Shown: one piece after another, positions 17,563 through 28,330 of the stretch
How positions within the stretch are numbered: position 1 is the first letter of the stretch
Layout of the letters: each line of letters begins with the position of its first letter
Assembly (NCBI GenBank): GCA_963665665.1
Contig: OY762428.1
Coordinates: 3,232,001-3,296,000, forward strand
DNA: 64,000 nt
Direction: 5' to 3'
Source: Candidatus Kapaibacterium sp.
GTDB taxonomy: Bacteria > Bacteroidota > Ignavibacteria > Kapaibacteriales > UBA2268
Program-made: the position numbers and the translations under genes
The notes under the pieces: generated by a model
The model's database searches: none
What the model was told of the DNA's origin: nothing
The model's input: the letters and a program-made list of their open reading frames with translations, nothing else

Positions 17563-18657
17563 TTAATAATGTACCTGCATTGTAAATTTAAGAAGGTCGA
17601 TACTTTCTTTATCATCGTTTTCAAAGAATGCAGTATCATAATCCACCAAAATAATATTTCTGTCTCCGAGGTCGTAACCAATGCCTGCAATAATTCTTTT
17701 CTTGATGTTCATATCGATATCTTTATCAGGGTCGAAATCATCATAACGGAAGAAAGCACGCCATTTTTTTGTTGGTCTCAATTCCCCGAAAACTGAGAAG
17801 CCGGAATAATCCGATGCATCTTTATTTGCAATATTAACCAGTTTACCGAGTTTGTCGCCTTTTCCGGTAACAAATTGCCCCGCCAAAGTGAAATACTGAT
17901 GCTCGTAGGAAGCCATGAATGTATTTGTCTGCCAGTCCGGGCTTATTCCTATACTGTCATTGGGATTTCCTTTTCCGCTAATATTTAAAACTGAAAACTG
18001 CAAACCGGGAATTATATAAGGAAGAGGCCTTAATGTCAGCCTGCCCTGCATTACTTTGTTAGTATTCAATTCTGCATCGTGGTAGCCCGGGCCGTTATAA
18101 ATACCAAGGCCGACGGAACCATACAACCCGGCATTTTTCTTGTTAACTTTTTTCTTATATTCGGCGTTCATTTCGCCACCAAGGTCGGTGAAAAATGACA
18201 CACCCATATCAGCGCTGTTGAAAATTTTATTTCTTTCCATGAACATCGTTCCCTGCATCCGGTAGTAGTTTATATGTTCCTCGAAATCCAGCCAGCAGGT
18301 ATGCACAATACCGAACTCAATGTTCGGTTTATGAAAAATTGCAAAGTTCGGCATTATGAAATTTGCGTAAAGATATTTCAGCCTTTCTTCAACGCCGTCG
18401 TCATCATCATATATATCAAGAGTTATCCTGAATTTAAACCAGTCGGCAAATTTCTTTTTCATAGTGAAATATGCCCTGCCAACCCTGAAACGGTCTTTAG
18501 TATCAGGATCGTGATTCAGGTCCTTTTCGTAGTAAAGATATGCAAGGCCATGCAAATTAAAATCTTTAAGCCATTCGGGAAGCTCGCCTTCTTCTTCAGC
18601 TTTTAATGCCGGCAGGCAAAAAAAGAAAATCAGCAACAGGGTAATTACTTTTTTCAT
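17563..18657 (-). CDS. Outer-membrane porin-like beta-barrel (OprO/P-like)
   Basis: Signal peptide; FRVGRAYFT, RITLD, RLKYLY, GIYNG, GRLTLRP; C-terminal aromatic residue (MQVHY). Confidence 0.7.
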   Translation of the reverse strand: MKKVITLLLIFFFCLPALKAEEEGELPEWLKDFNLHGLAYLYYEKDLNHDPDTKDRFRVGRAYFTMKKKFADWFKFRITLDIYDDDDGVEERLKYLYANFIMPNFAIFHKPNIEFGIVHTCWLDFEEHINYYRMQGTMFMERNKIFNSADMGVSFFTDLGGEMNAEYKKKVNKKNAGLYGSVGLGIYNGPGYHDAELNTNKVMQGRLTLRPLPYIIPGLQFSVLNISGKGNPNDSIGISPDWQTNTFMASYEHQYFTLAGQFVTGKGDKLGKLVNIANKDASDYSGFSVFGELRPTKKWRAFFRYDDFDPDKDIDMNIKKRIIAGIGYDLGDRNIILVDYDTAFFENDDKESIDLLKFTMQVHY

Positions 18658-18741
18658 GTCATTCCTTAAATTGTAAAAAATATTATAAGTGGTTGATTTC
18701 CAGTTTAATATTTGAAACTTAAAATTTAAAATATTTTTGTA

Positions 18742-19848
18742 TTAGAAAAATTTATCCGGGAACATTGCTTTAATACTATCTTCATCAGCTTTGCAAATTC
18801 CCCGCTCGGTAATCAGCCCGTCAACAAGCCTTGCAGGAGTAACATCAAAGGCATAATTAGCAGCTTTAGTCATTTCCGAAGTTATTCTTACATTGTGAAC
18901 TTTTCCATTGGCCACGCCGTCGACAAATAAAACTTCATCCTGGCTTCTTTGTTCGATCGGGATTTCAGTAATGCCGTCTTGTATTTTGAAATCTATGGAA
19001 CTTGATGGCAATGCTACATAAAATGGAATGCTATTATCTTTGGATGCAAGAGCCTTAAGATAGGTTCCGATTTTATTTGCCACATCACCGGTGGCTGTGG
19101 TGCGGTCGCTGCCAACGATAACAATATCCACCATGCCGTGCTGCATCAGATGACCGCCTGCATTATCAACAATTAGTGTATTGGGCACATTCTCCTGGCT
19201 AAGTTCCCAGGCAGTAAGTTTGGCTCCCTGGTTTCTGGGCCGGGTTTCATCAACCCACACATGCAGGTCGATTCCGTTTTTATGTGCAGTGTAGATAGGT
19301 GCAGTGGCAGTGCCCCAGTCAACTGTGGCAAGCCATCCGGCGTTGCAATGAGTCAGGATATTGACGGTTTTCCCGCCTTTTTTAATTGCAATATCTTCGA
19401 TAAGCCTGGCACCATTAGTTCCAATTTTCCTGCTGAAACCCACATCTTCCTCGCAAATTCTTCGGGCAATATCCTGGCTTATCTGAACAACATCGCTTTT
19501 ACGGTCGAATCCGTTCACAGATCGCAGGATTTCATCTACAGCCCAATTCAGGTTGATTGCTGTTGGCCTTGCCTGCTTCAAAATATTTCCCTGTTCTGTC
19601 ATGTAGTCGGAAATTTTTTTTTCAGGCCCCTGCTTTGCAGCTATGTGCATTGCATAAGCGGCCGTGGCACCAATCAGCGGAGCTCCGCGAACATACATAT
19701 CCCTGATAATTTCAACAGCATGATCAAGGGATTCTATTACAACTGTTTTAAATTCATGGGGAAGAATGCGCTGATCGATAATTGTTATATCGCCTGTTTC
19801 AAAATCTTCCCATATTGTACGGTAGTGTTTATTGTCAATTTTCATCAA
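18742..19848 (-). CDS. mtnA: S-methyl-5-thioribose-1-phosphate isomerase
   Basis: IDQRILP, VRGAPLIG, RPTAINL, LTHCNAG, DETRPRNQG, NKIGTY, FDVTP. Confidence 0.95.
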   Translation of the reverse strand: MMKIDNKHYRTIWEDFETGDITIIDQRILPHEFKTVVIESLDHAVEIIRDMYVRGAPLIGATAAYAMHIAAKQGPEKKISDYMTEQGNILKQARPTAINLNWAVDEILRSVNGFDRKSDVVQISQDIARRICEEDVGFSRKIGTNGARLIEDIAIKKGGKTVNILTHCNAGWLATVDWGTATAPIYTAHKNGIDLHVWVDETRPRNQGAKLTAWELSQENVPNTLIVDNAGGHLMQHGMVDIVIVGSDRTTATGDVANKIGTYLKALASKDNSIPFYVALPSSSIDFKIQDGITEIPIEQRSQDEVLFVDGVANGKVHNVRITSEMTKAANYAFDVTPARLVDGLITERGICKADEDSIKAMFPDKFF

Positions 19849-20267
19849 ACAAAATCAAATATTAAAAAAATAATCACAATAATATTAAGTAAATTTATAT
19901 AAAATTCAATGGAATTTTTTGTTTTTCGTTACGAATTTGTAATGTCATTATATTTTATAATAAAAATATTTGATAATTAAAAATAGTTTATATTTTAGGA
20001 TCAAATACATTTATCAGGCAATATCTTTCTGTGCGTAACAGCAAAATATCAACATTTAAGAACAATTGGTCGGTTAAAGATTTAACTCCTGCACTGAATC
20101 TTTACTAATTGCAATATTTAGCATGGCAAGAATGCAAGAAAATATTAAAATAAGTTAATAATACGTATTGCTAAAACAATTGCTGTTTTTTAAGGCTATA
20201 ATATACAATGCTTTAAGGAGATGTTAAAAAAAAAAAGAGTTTGCTTCATTTTTTTTTGAAATTTCCG

Positions 20268-20275
20268 TATTTTTG
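20268..20275 (+). promoter_or_regulatory. Bacteroidota-type -7 box (TAnnTTTG) upstream of glgA
   Basis: TATTTTTG 45 bp upstream of ATG; same box precedes genes at 34645, 36222 and 52236. Confidence 0.4.
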
Positions 20276-20319
20276 TAAATTCGAAAGTAACTGTAAAAAT
20301 TTGAGTTAAATGACAGATA

Positions 20320-21792
20320 ATGGCAAAACCTTTAAGTATCCTTTTCGTTGCGAGTGAAGTTTATCCCTTCGCGAAAGTTGGCGGTGTGGCAGATGTAGCA
20401 TATTCTCTACCCCTGGCATTGAGGGATTTGGGGCATGATGTAAGAGTTATGTTTCCTAAATACGGTTCAGTTTCCGAAAGAAAAAACAGAATACATGAAA
20501 TAAACAGGCTGAAGGACATTCCCATCCCTTTGGGGGATGAAGAATACCCGGCCACAGTAAAATCATCATCAATGAATAATCCCAGAACGAAAGTTCAGGC
20601 TTATATCACCACAAATGAAAATTTCTTTGATTCAAAGAAAGGAATCTATCGCGATCCTAAAACCTGGGAAGAGTATGAAGACAATGCGGACCGTTTTGCA
20701 TATTTCAACAGGTCTGTAATCGAAACCTGTATGATACTCGGGTGGTATCCTGATGTTATTCATATTAACGACTGGCCGGCGGGACTTATCCCTGCCTATG
20801 TCAAGCTCAAATTCCCAAAGGAATTCAAGAAAACAAAAATTGTTCTTACAATACACAATTTCGGGGAACAGGGCCACGGGAACTTCAAGTTTGAGAAGAC
20901 AGGGCTTCCTGAAGAAGCGAAATCAAATTACAGGTTCAAGAACAAATTCAATTTCCTGAAGGGAGCGATTTACTATTCAGACTATATCACTACGGTTAGC
21001 GAAACTTATGCAGACCAGATGCTGAACGACCGCGATCATGGAAATGGTCTCAGCGTTCGCCTGAAGGAAAAAGCAGATGTTTTCAAAGGTATTCTGAACG
21101 GGATTGATCCATGGAACTGGAATCCTGAAACAGACCCCTACCTTGAAAACAAGCTCAGCGGTGATTTCGAAAACTTCAAGTATAATAATAAAGTTGCAGT
21201 GGTAAATGCCTTCGAACTTGAGTTCAAACCTTTGACCCCGCTGATCAGCTTCATTGCAAGGCTGGACGAACAAAAGGGAATTGACCTGGTTCTTAAAGCA
21301 GCCGATAAGTTATTGAACGAAGACGTCCAGATGGTTGTGCTTGCCAGGGGTGAAGAAAAATATCAGAAAGCACTTAAAAAACTGGTTAAAAAGTATCCCG
21401 AAAAAATTGCAGTTAAATTCGAGCAGGACAACCCGCTGGCTCATCTGATTGAAGCAGGTTCCGATATATTCCTTATGCCTTCGAAATATGAACCCTGCGG
21501 TTTGAACCTGATGTATTCTCACAGATATGGAACCATTCCCGTGGTTCATGAAACAGGCGGAATTAAAGATATTGCTATTGAATACAGTGATGAAAATATT
21601 GAAGGGGACACATTCGTCTTCCGGAATTACGATCCTGAAGAGCTTTTCGCTGCAATCAAAAGAGCAACCGATCTTTTCAGGGATGAAGAAAAATGGGAAA
21701 AAATAATACGTAATTGCAGGAACAGGGATCATACATGGAAGCAATCTGCTCCGAAGTACGTTGAAATTTACAAAGAACTCATGAAAGATTAA
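20320..21792 (+). CDS. glgA: Glycogen synthase (GT5)
   Basis: SEVYPFAKVGGVADV, HINDW, TIHN, GILNGID, MPSKYEPCGL. Confidence 0.95.
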   Translation: MAKPLSILFVASEVYPFAKVGGVADVAYSLPLALRDLGHDVRVMFPKYGSVSERKNRIHEINRLKDIPIPLGDEEYPATVKSSSMNNPRTKVQAYITTNENFFDSKKGIYRDPKTWEEYEDNADRFAYFNRSVIETCMILGWYPDVIHINDWPAGLIPAYVKLKFPKEFKKTKIVLTIHNFGEQGHGNFKFEKTGLPEEAKSNYRFKNKFNFLKGAIYYSDYITTVSETYADQMLNDRDHGNGLSVRLKEKADVFKGILNGIDPWNWNPETDPYLENKLSGDFENFKYNNKVAVVNAFELEFKPLTPLISFIARLDEQKGIDLVLKAADKLLNEDVQMVVLARGEEKYQKALKKLVKKYPEKIAVKFEQDNPLAHLIEAGSDIFLMPSKYEPCGLNLMYSHRYGTIPVVHETGGIKDIAIEYSDENIEGDTFVFRNYDPEELFAAIKRATDLFRDEEKWEKIIRNCRNRDHTWKQSAPKYVEIYKELMKD

Positions 21793-21883
21793 CGGTTCAT
21801 TACCGTCTTAATTTATTATACATTTTTTCAGGCGTGCTTTGGCACGCCGAAATTATTAAAGGGACAAAGTACGGCGAAAAATT

Positions 21884-23185
21884 ATGAAAAAAATACGCCC
21901 GGCAAATTTTATCAAAAAGCTCTCGTTTTTTTCTGTTGTTATAATTGTCGGTATCCTTTATTCTGCTTGTAATGAGGAACCTACCGAACTTGGCTATTCG
22001 CTTGTGCAGGATACGCTGATAGTAACACCACTAACATCAGATGAAGTTGAACTGATTACCCGATATGAAAATTATATCTATCGCCTTCCTACACCACCGT
22101 CACGCCCGACTTTCAACTCTATCAGGCTACAGGTTGGGAAATTCGATGATTTCAAATCAATAAGTTTTCTCAGGTTTGGCTATTGGCCGGATTCGCTTGC
22201 TCATTTGAATGAAGATAATATTTTATCCGCGAAATTGAAGATGTTCCCAAAGCAATATGCTTTCGGGGATACCAACTCTCAGGATTTCGGTTTTAAAATC
22301 TACAAACTTCAAAGGCTGTTCAGGCTGGAAACTGACTGGGATACACTTTTCCCCGGCGGTTCTGAAATCTCTCCTTTTATTGACTACAGCAGGGAATTCG
22401 GAAGTTTTTCCGGGCAGGTTAATTATGAATATTATCCGGACAGTATTGAAGTTGATATGTCGAAAGATTATATTATTGAAATGCTGAGAATGAAAGCCGA
22501 TTCCAATCTTCGCGAACAGATGTACGGGATAGCTCTCCTGCCTGATGAAAATATAAATGTTATACGTCAGTTTTGGGGCAATTCCGGATATGATGAAGAT
22601 TCAACAGGATACCTTCCATTGCTGACTTTTATTTACCAGGAAGATGATGCTGAAGAACCGGATACCGTATCGATTACACCGGCAATTGATATTTCCTATA
22701 CTGACGGTGATATTCCAGACGAAAATCTTTTGTTTATCCAGGGGATGATATCACTGAGAAGCGACTTATGGTTTGACGTTAGCGAGATACCTCCTTTCTC
22801 GGGTATTCACAGTGCCATTCTCGACCTGCATTACAGCCCGGAATTTTCAATTTGGGGCAATCTGGGGCCTGATTCGTTAGCAATATTGTCACTTGCAGTT
22901 GATACACTTGAGAACAAAGACATTATTTCAAGAGATTATTACGGCGGTATGGATACTACCATGGAAAATGTATTCCGGTTTCCGCGGCTATCTTCTGTTG
23001 TGGAAATATGGAACAGAAGCGGGGGCATTGGCAGGCTGATTCTTAGAACACAGGACTATTACGAGTTTTACAGAATGAACAGAAGTGCCTTTTATACGCC
23101 AGACGCCGAGGATCCTGCGAAAAGGCCCTCACTTAAAATAGTTTATTCCACCAGGCCTGATTTTAACCGTGAGGGGAGTAAATAA
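21884..23185 (+). CDS. Lipoprotein, DUF4270-like
   Basis: Lipobox LYSA-C then NEEPTELG; C-terminal RPSLKIVYS; position after glgA. Confidence 0.6.
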   Translation: MKKIRPANFIKKLSFFSVVIIVGILYSACNEEPTELGYSLVQDTLIVTPLTSDEVELITRYENYIYRLPTPPSRPTFNSIRLQVGKFDDFKSISFLRFGYWPDSLAHLNEDNILSAKLKMFPKQYAFGDTNSQDFGFKIYKLQRLFRLETDWDTLFPGGSEISPFIDYSREFGSFSGQVNYEYYPDSIEVDMSKDYIIEMLRMKADSNLREQMYGIALLPDENINVIRQFWGNSGYDEDSTGYLPLLTFIYQEDDAEEPDTVSITPAIDISYTDGDIPDENLLFIQGMISLRSDLWFDVSEIPPFSGIHSAILDLHYSPEFSIWGNLGPDSLAILSLAVDTLENKDIISRDYYGGMDTTMENVFRFPRLSSVVEIWNRSGGIGRLILRTQDYYEFYRMNRSAFYTPDAEDPAKRPSLKIVYSTRPDFNREGSK

Positions 23186-23186
23186 A

Positions 23187-24440
23187 ATGAAAAATATAAA
23201 AAATAATATCAGCATATTATTATTAACCCTTGCCTGCAGCCAGTTTGCTATGGCTCAGGGCGGATCTAATTACTCATTGTTTGGTATCGGAGATATGACA
23301 CCGGCAATCGGAGCTCAATTCAAGGGATTGAACGGCACAAGCATTGCATTCCCCGAGGAACTTGGAATTAATACAGTCAATCCTGCAATGTGGTCAACAG
23401 TTGTTTCAACAAGGCTTCAGATTGGTTATTCATTCAATCAGCATCTGAATACTACAGAAGGTAAGGATCTTTTGCAGAACAACGGGAAATTAAGCGGTAT
23501 TCAGGGAATTTTCTCAATTGATACTTCAATGGGTATTGCTGCAAGCTTTGGGATAATTCCTTTCAGCAATGTGAATTTCAAAGTTGCCAACCCCTTTGTT
23601 ATCAACAATGCAAATATCAGTTTCTCCGGCAGGACTGTCTACAGCGGTATCGGCGGGTTGAACAAAGCTTATATTGGCGGGGCATCCAATATTTACGGAG
23701 GCCTTTCGGTGGGCGCTTCGCTCTTTGCCGTGTTCGGGAAAACCGAATATAACAGCGAAACATATTTTTTCGATGAATATTACTATACTGCAAATAATAA
23801 TACAAAGGAAAAGTATTCGGGCGCGGGTTATAGCTTGGGAATGTATTTTGAAGGCCCTTACAACTTGAATTTTGGTGCATATTACGAAACTTTCAACAGC
23901 GTATCTGTTACCAGCGACCTTACATATACATCCGATCTTGTTGCCGATACTTCCTTCCGGGATGTATTCGATTTTAATTTGCCGGCAGCATACGGATTTG
24001 GCCTTTCTCATAAAACAGGGAAATTTATTCTTGGAGCTGATGTTGCCTTCCGGAATTTCAGTGACCTGGAATACAGAAAATTTGATAATTCTGAATTCGG
24101 AGAGAATACAAGGATAAGTGTTGGCGTTTCCCGCTTAGGAAATAAAAGCGCCGGCGCGGATTTCCTTGATGAGATAACATATCGCGTTGGAGCCGGTTAC
24201 CAAAATATGTATTATAAAGTTAACCAAAGAAACGGTACTGGTAAAACAGCTATCAGCGAATATTCACTGAGTTTTGGTATGTCCATGCCGCTTCCGGGCA
24301 CTGCCTTTATGGATGCAGCGCTTCAGATAGGTTCCAGGGGAACAACGGAAAATGGACTTATCCGTGAATATTTTGCCAGGCTGAGCGTAGATTTAAGTAT
24401 TGGCGAAACATGGTTTAAACCATTTCGCAGGGGATTTTAA
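23187..24440 (+). CDS. FadL/PorV-like outer-membrane beta-barrel protein
   Basis: Signal peptide; SNYSLFGIGD, NPAMWS, FGIIPFS, GIGGLN, C-terminal ETWF. Confidence 0.7.
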   Translation: MKNIKNNISILLLTLACSQFAMAQGGSNYSLFGIGDMTPAIGAQFKGLNGTSIAFPEELGINTVNPAMWSTVVSTRLQIGYSFNQHLNTTEGKDLLQNNGKLSGIQGIFSIDTSMGIAASFGIIPFSNVNFKVANPFVINNANISFSGRTVYSGIGGLNKAYIGGASNIYGGLSVGASLFAVFGKTEYNSETYFFDEYYYTANNNTKEKYSGAGYSLGMYFEGPYNLNFGAYYETFNSVSVTSDLTYTSDLVADTSFRDVFDFNLPAAYGFGLSHKTGKFILGADVAFRNFSDLEYRKFDNSEFGENTRISVGVSRLGNKSAGADFLDEITYRVGAGYQNMYYKVNQRNGTGKTAISEYSLSFGMSMPLPGTAFMDAALQIGSRGTTENGLIREYFARLSVDLSIGETWFKPFRRGF

Positions 24441-24465
24441 CTGATCCGTATATTATGGAGAAATA

Positions 24466-25026
24466 ATGATGAAAAGCAGGAAAAATGATTTTTACCCGGA
24501 AGTCAGATCGACTACTGTAATCGGGATATTAAAAGACGGCAAGGCAGCCATGGGCTCTGACGGCCAGGTATCATTCAATAATACCGTTATGAAACATTCG
24601 GCAAGAAAAGTCAGGAAATTATATAACGATTCCATTATGGTGGGATTTGCCGGAGCCACGGCAGATGCATTTACTTTGTTGCAGAGATTTGAAGATAAAC
24701 TTCAGGCTCATGGCGGGAACCTTCACAGAGCTTCGATAGAACTGGCTAAAGACTGGCGTACCGACCGTTACCTTCGCAGGCTTGAAGCTATGCTTACGGT
24801 AATGGATAAAAACCAGGCATTACTTATAAGCGGTACGGGCGATGTGATAGAGCCCGACGATAATATCATTGCTATCGGTTCGGGTGGTTCTTATGCTCTT
24901 TCCGCAGCGAGGGCTTTGCTAAAGCATACTGAAATGACGGCAAAGGAAATAGTTCAGGAATCGCTGAACATTGCAGCCAATATTTGTATTTATACTAACT
25001 CAGACCTGACTATCGAGGAATTATAA
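24466..25026 (+). CDS. hslV: ATP-dependent protease peptidase subunit HslV
   Basis: Short propeptide then TTVIG; DGQVS; GFAGATADA; [12 protein letters not shown]; IGSGG; CIYTN. Confidence 0.96.
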   Translation: MMKSRKNDFYPEVRSTTVIGILKDGKAAMGSDGQVSFNNTVMKHSARKVRKLYNDSIMVGFAGATADAFTLLQRFEDKLQAHGGNLHRASIELAKDWRTDRYLRRLEAMLTVMDKNQALLISGTGDVIEPDDNIIAIGSGGSYALSAARALLKHTEMTAKEIVQESLNIAANICIYTNSDLTIEEL

Positions 25027-25048
25027 GTTAAGAAAGGAATTCTTTACA

Positions 25049-26479
25049 ATGGACAACAATGAATCAATTAGTCTGACAGATGAACAAAAAGAGAAAATAA
25101 TAAATTTCGTGCATTCGGGAAATAATATAGATAAACCCCTGACACCAAGGCAAATAGTTGATGCTTTGGATAAATTTGTTATCGGCCAGGGCGACGCCAA
25201 GAAAGCTGTTGCTATTGCTCTCAGAAATCGTTGGCGACGGCAGCAGGTAAGCAGTGTGATAAAAGATGAGATTATGCCGAATAATATTATACTCATCGGC
25301 CCTACAGGTGTTGGTAAAACCGAGATTGCACGTAGATTGGCAAAGCTGTCAAATGCTCCGTTTATCAAAGTGGAAGCTACAAAATTTACCGAAGTAGGCT
25401 ACGTGGGGCGCGATGTTGAATCGATGATTCGCGACCTGATGGAAAGAGCTGTTTCAATTGTTCATGACGAACAGACAGCAAGGAAAAAGAAAAAAGCGAA
25501 AATTGCTGCCGAGGACAGAATTATTGATATTCTTATTCCTCCTGTAAAACGCGGCCCTTCGTTTGATACTTTGAGCGATGAAGAAATTGAATCCAATTCA
25601 CGAACAAGGGAAAAATTTCGGGATATGCTGCGCGAAGGCAAACTTGATGACAGGGAAATTGAAATTGATATTACAGTTGATGCTATGCCCATGCAGGTTC
25701 TTGGTCCTATCGGCCTTGATGAAATGGGTATGAACCTTCAGGATCTTTTCGGCAATATGATGCCAAAGAAGCACAAGAAACGCAAAATGAAGATCAAGGA
25801 TGCTATCAAGGTAATTGAAAAACAGGAAGTTGAAAAACTGATAGATATGGATGCTGTTGTAAAGGAAGCACTCCATCGTACTGAAAACTCAGGTATTGTT
25901 TTTATTGACGAGGTTGATAAAATTACGTCCCGTGCAAACTCAGGCTCAGGCCCGGAAGTTTCCCGCGAAGGAGTTCAACGGGACTTGTTGCCCATAGTTG
26001 AAGGAAGTACCGTCAATACAAAGCATGGTATGGTTCATACGGACCATATTCTGTTTATAGCATCGGGCGCCTTTCACGTGGCTAAGCCCTCTGATCTTAT
26101 TCCCGAGCTTCAGGGACGTTTTCCTATCAGGGTAGAATTAAAAAGCCTTACCGAAGAAGATTTTGTAAAGATACTAACCCTGCCGGAAAATGCATTGATA
26201 AAACAATACAAAGCATTGATGGAAACTGAAGAAATTGAACTTGATTTCGACGAAGAATCCATTAAGGAAATTGCGGCAAATGCTGCCAAGGTAAATGCCG
26301 AGGTAACAAATATCGGTGCCAGAAGGTTGCACACTATTCTTACAACTTTGTTGGAAGAATTGCTATTTAATGCTCCCGATAATGTTGAAGAAAAGAAGAT
26401 TACAGTTACAAAGGAAATGGTAAACGAGAATCTTGGTGCAATTGCCAGAAATATTGATGTAAGCAAATTTATTCTGTAA
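25049..26479 (+). CDS. hslU: ATP-dependent protease ATPase subunit HslU
   Basis: LTPRQIV, GPTGVGKTE, KFTEVGYVGRDVES, FIDEVDK, GVQRDLLP, NIGARRL. Confidence 0.97.
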   Translation: MDNNESISLTDEQKEKIINFVHSGNNIDKPLTPRQIVDALDKFVIGQGDAKKAVAIALRNRWRRQQVSSVIKDEIMPNNIILIGPTGVGKTEIARRLAKLSNAPFIKVEATKFTEVGYVGRDVESMIRDLMERAVSIVHDEQTARKKKKAKIAAEDRIIDILIPPVKRGPSFDTLSDEEIESNSRTREKFRDMLREGKLDDREIEIDITVDAMPMQVLGPIGLDEMGMNLQDLFGNMMPKKHKKRKMKIKDAIKVIEKQEVEKLIDMDAVVKEALHRTENSGIVFIDEVDKITSRANSGSGPEVSREGVQRDLLPIVEGSTVNTKHGMVHTDHILFIASGAFHVAKPSDLIPELQGRFPIRVELKSLTEEDFVKILTLPENALIKQYKALMETEEIELDFDEESIKEIAANAAKVNAEVTNIGARRLHTILTTLLEELLFNAPDNVEEKKITVTKEMVNENLGAIARNIDVSKFIL

Positions 26480-26515
26480 TCTGAACATTTGTTTTATCAG
26501 CAAATTTTATAATAC

Positions 26516-26548
26516 ATCCGTTCACATCAGGTGAGCGGATATTTTTTT
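26516..26548 (+). terminator. Intrinsic terminator after hslU
   Basis: atccgttcac/gtgagcggat stem followed by T7. Confidence 0.7.
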
Positions 26549-26693
26549 GCCATGTATCAGGCCTGCAGCGAGGATGGAATGGAATATATGGCAATTTTTT
26601 GATGCCTGATACTGCTTCGAAATAAAATTTTTACCTTTTATTTTCGTGCTTAGCTAATATTTGATTTTGGCATGATTAAATTTTTACTTATAT

Positions 26694-26711
26694 TAGTTGC
26701 TATTACAACTA
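26694..26711. promoter_or_regulatory. Putative MarR operator
   Basis: Inverted repeat TAGTTG-N6-CAACTA directly before the MarR ATG at 26714. Confidence 0.6.
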
Positions 26712-26713
26712 TT

Positions 26714-27187
26714 ATGATGAAAAAAGAAAAAATAGAAACGATTTTAATACATCAGATAGGATATACTTCCCGGCTGATGAGCAACTGTATCAACAGGATA
26801 GCCTCTGTTCGCGGGCTGGATGTTTCTTACGGGCAGATGCCGATAATGATGATGCTCCGCGCCCGTGAAACTTGTCCGCAAAATGATATTGTAAAGGCAG
26901 TAATGAAAGAAAAGGCTACTGTTACCAGGCTGATAAACAGCATGGAGAAAAAGGGCCTGGTATCAAAGAGAAAGAATCCTGACGACAAAAGAAATAACCT
27001 GATATCCCTTACGCAAAAAGGTAAAGCCCTGATGGATGACCTCCAGCCGCTGCTGGAAAATTTCAACAAACAGGTAAGAACAGGGCTGCCGGAGGAGGAT
27101 ATTCAGTATTTCGACAGAATTATCAGGAAAGTACAGCAGAATATATTTTCCTGCCACAGATTATTTGAAAAGAATATTGATGAATAA
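26714..27187 (+). CDS. MarR-family transcriptional regulator
   Basis: KATVTRLINSMEKKGLV..DDKR..LTQKG winged helix; start 26714 preferred to 26672. Confidence 0.9.
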   Translation: MMKKEKIETILIHQIGYTSRLMSNCINRIASVRGLDVSYGQMPIMMMLRARETCPQNDIVKAVMKEKATVTRLINSMEKKGLVSKRKNPDDKRNNLISLTQKGKALMDDLQPLLENFNKQVRTGLPEEDIQYFDRIIRKVQQNIFSCHRLFEKNIDE

Positions 27188-27202
27188 ATTTAAAGTACTG
27201 AA

Positions 27203-28315
27203 ATGAGAAAATTTATCGTTGTAGGAACAGCACTGGCAATTTTGGTATTGTCGTTTGTTGTGTTCAAAGTTTTTTCCGGTATGGAAAAGCCGCCGGAACC
27301 TGCCAAAGCTTATGAATCGGTGAAATATGTTAATGCTGAAAAAGTTGTATACAGCGACCACAGGGCAGGCATAAGTGCTAATGGCAGGGTCAGATCTTCG
27401 GAAAGGATTGAAATCTATCCTGAAGTGAACGGATTGATGATGGATACTAAGCCTGATTTTAAAACCGGTTCATTTTTCCCGAAAGGCAGCAGCATCATAA
27501 AAATTGATGACAGGGAAATCCGGCTTACGATAAAATCCTTAAGGGCTGATTTCTTAAATGCCATTACACAAATGATGCCTGATATTAAATCTGATTTTCC
27601 GGGTGAATTTAGCAAGTGGAAGTCATTTCTTGATAAGATTGAGATAGACTCGCCACTGCCTGAAATGCCTTCGGTGTCGGGTGAGAAAGAAAAATATTTC
27701 ATTGCCGGAAGAAATATTCTGAAGCTTTATTATAATATTAAAAATCAGGAATTAAGGCTTGAAAAGCATGAAATAAAAGCTCCCTTCGACGGAGTAGTTA
27801 TTCAAAGCATGGCAGAGCCTGGCACATTTCTCCGCGTGGGAATGAAGGCCGGTGAATTTGCCGGAATCGGTAATTATGAAATTGAACTGCCTATTCCGGA
27901 AACCGAAATTGCATTTATAGATAAAAGCAGCCCGATAATACTTTTTGATGACAGTAACGGCAAATCTGCGAAAGCTTTTATAAAGAGAATCAGTAAGCAT
28001 ATCGATCCCGGTACGCAGACAATTACCATTTTTGCCGGAGCCAGCGCGTCCTGGATAAAAGACGGTATGTATCTGCGGGCCGAAATCGGAGGCAAGGATA
28101 TTAGTAATTCCGTAATAGTCCCGAGAAGCGCTATCTACAACAACAGCTATGTGCATCTGATTGAAAACAGCAAGCTTACAAGGAAAAAAGTTGAGGTTGT
28201 ATATAGCGGTGAGAATAAAACCTATATCAGGGGCATTGAAGAAGGCGCAATGGTTATAACCGATGCTCTTGTAAATGCGGCGCTGGGGATAAAAGTTAAG
28301 GCAATTGAGAAATAA
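27203..28315 (+). CDS. RND efflux periplasmic adaptor (MFP)
   Basis: N-terminal TM; IYPEVNG, IKAPFDGVV, VPRSAI. Confidence 0.9.
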   Translation: MRKFIVVGTALAILVLSFVVFKVFSGMEKPPEPAKAYESVKYVNAEKVVYSDHRAGISANGRVRSSERIEIYPEVNGLMMDTKPDFKTGSFFPKGSSIIKIDDREIRLTIKSLRADFLNAITQMMPDIKSDFPGEFSKWKSFLDKIEIDSPLPEMPSVSGEKEKYFIAGRNILKLYYNIKNQELRLEKHEIKAPFDGVVIQSMAEPGTFLRVGMKAGEFAGIGNYEIELPIPETEIAFIDKSSPIILFDDSNGKSAKAFIKRISKHIDPGTQTITIFAGASASWIKDGMYLRAEIGGKDISNSVIVPRSAIYNNSYVHLIENSKLTRKKVEVVYSGENKTYIRGIEEGAMVITDALVNAALGIKVKAIEK

Positions 28316-28330
28316 AAGAATTGAGAAAAA

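Noticed and set aside
19261-19902. 213-aa + strand ORF
   Set aside because: Antisense shadow of mtnA
20226-20257. A11 and T9 homopolymers upstream of glgA as a phase-variation switch
   Set aside because: Homopolymers are common in the AT-rich spacers here; no evidence of length variation from one sequence
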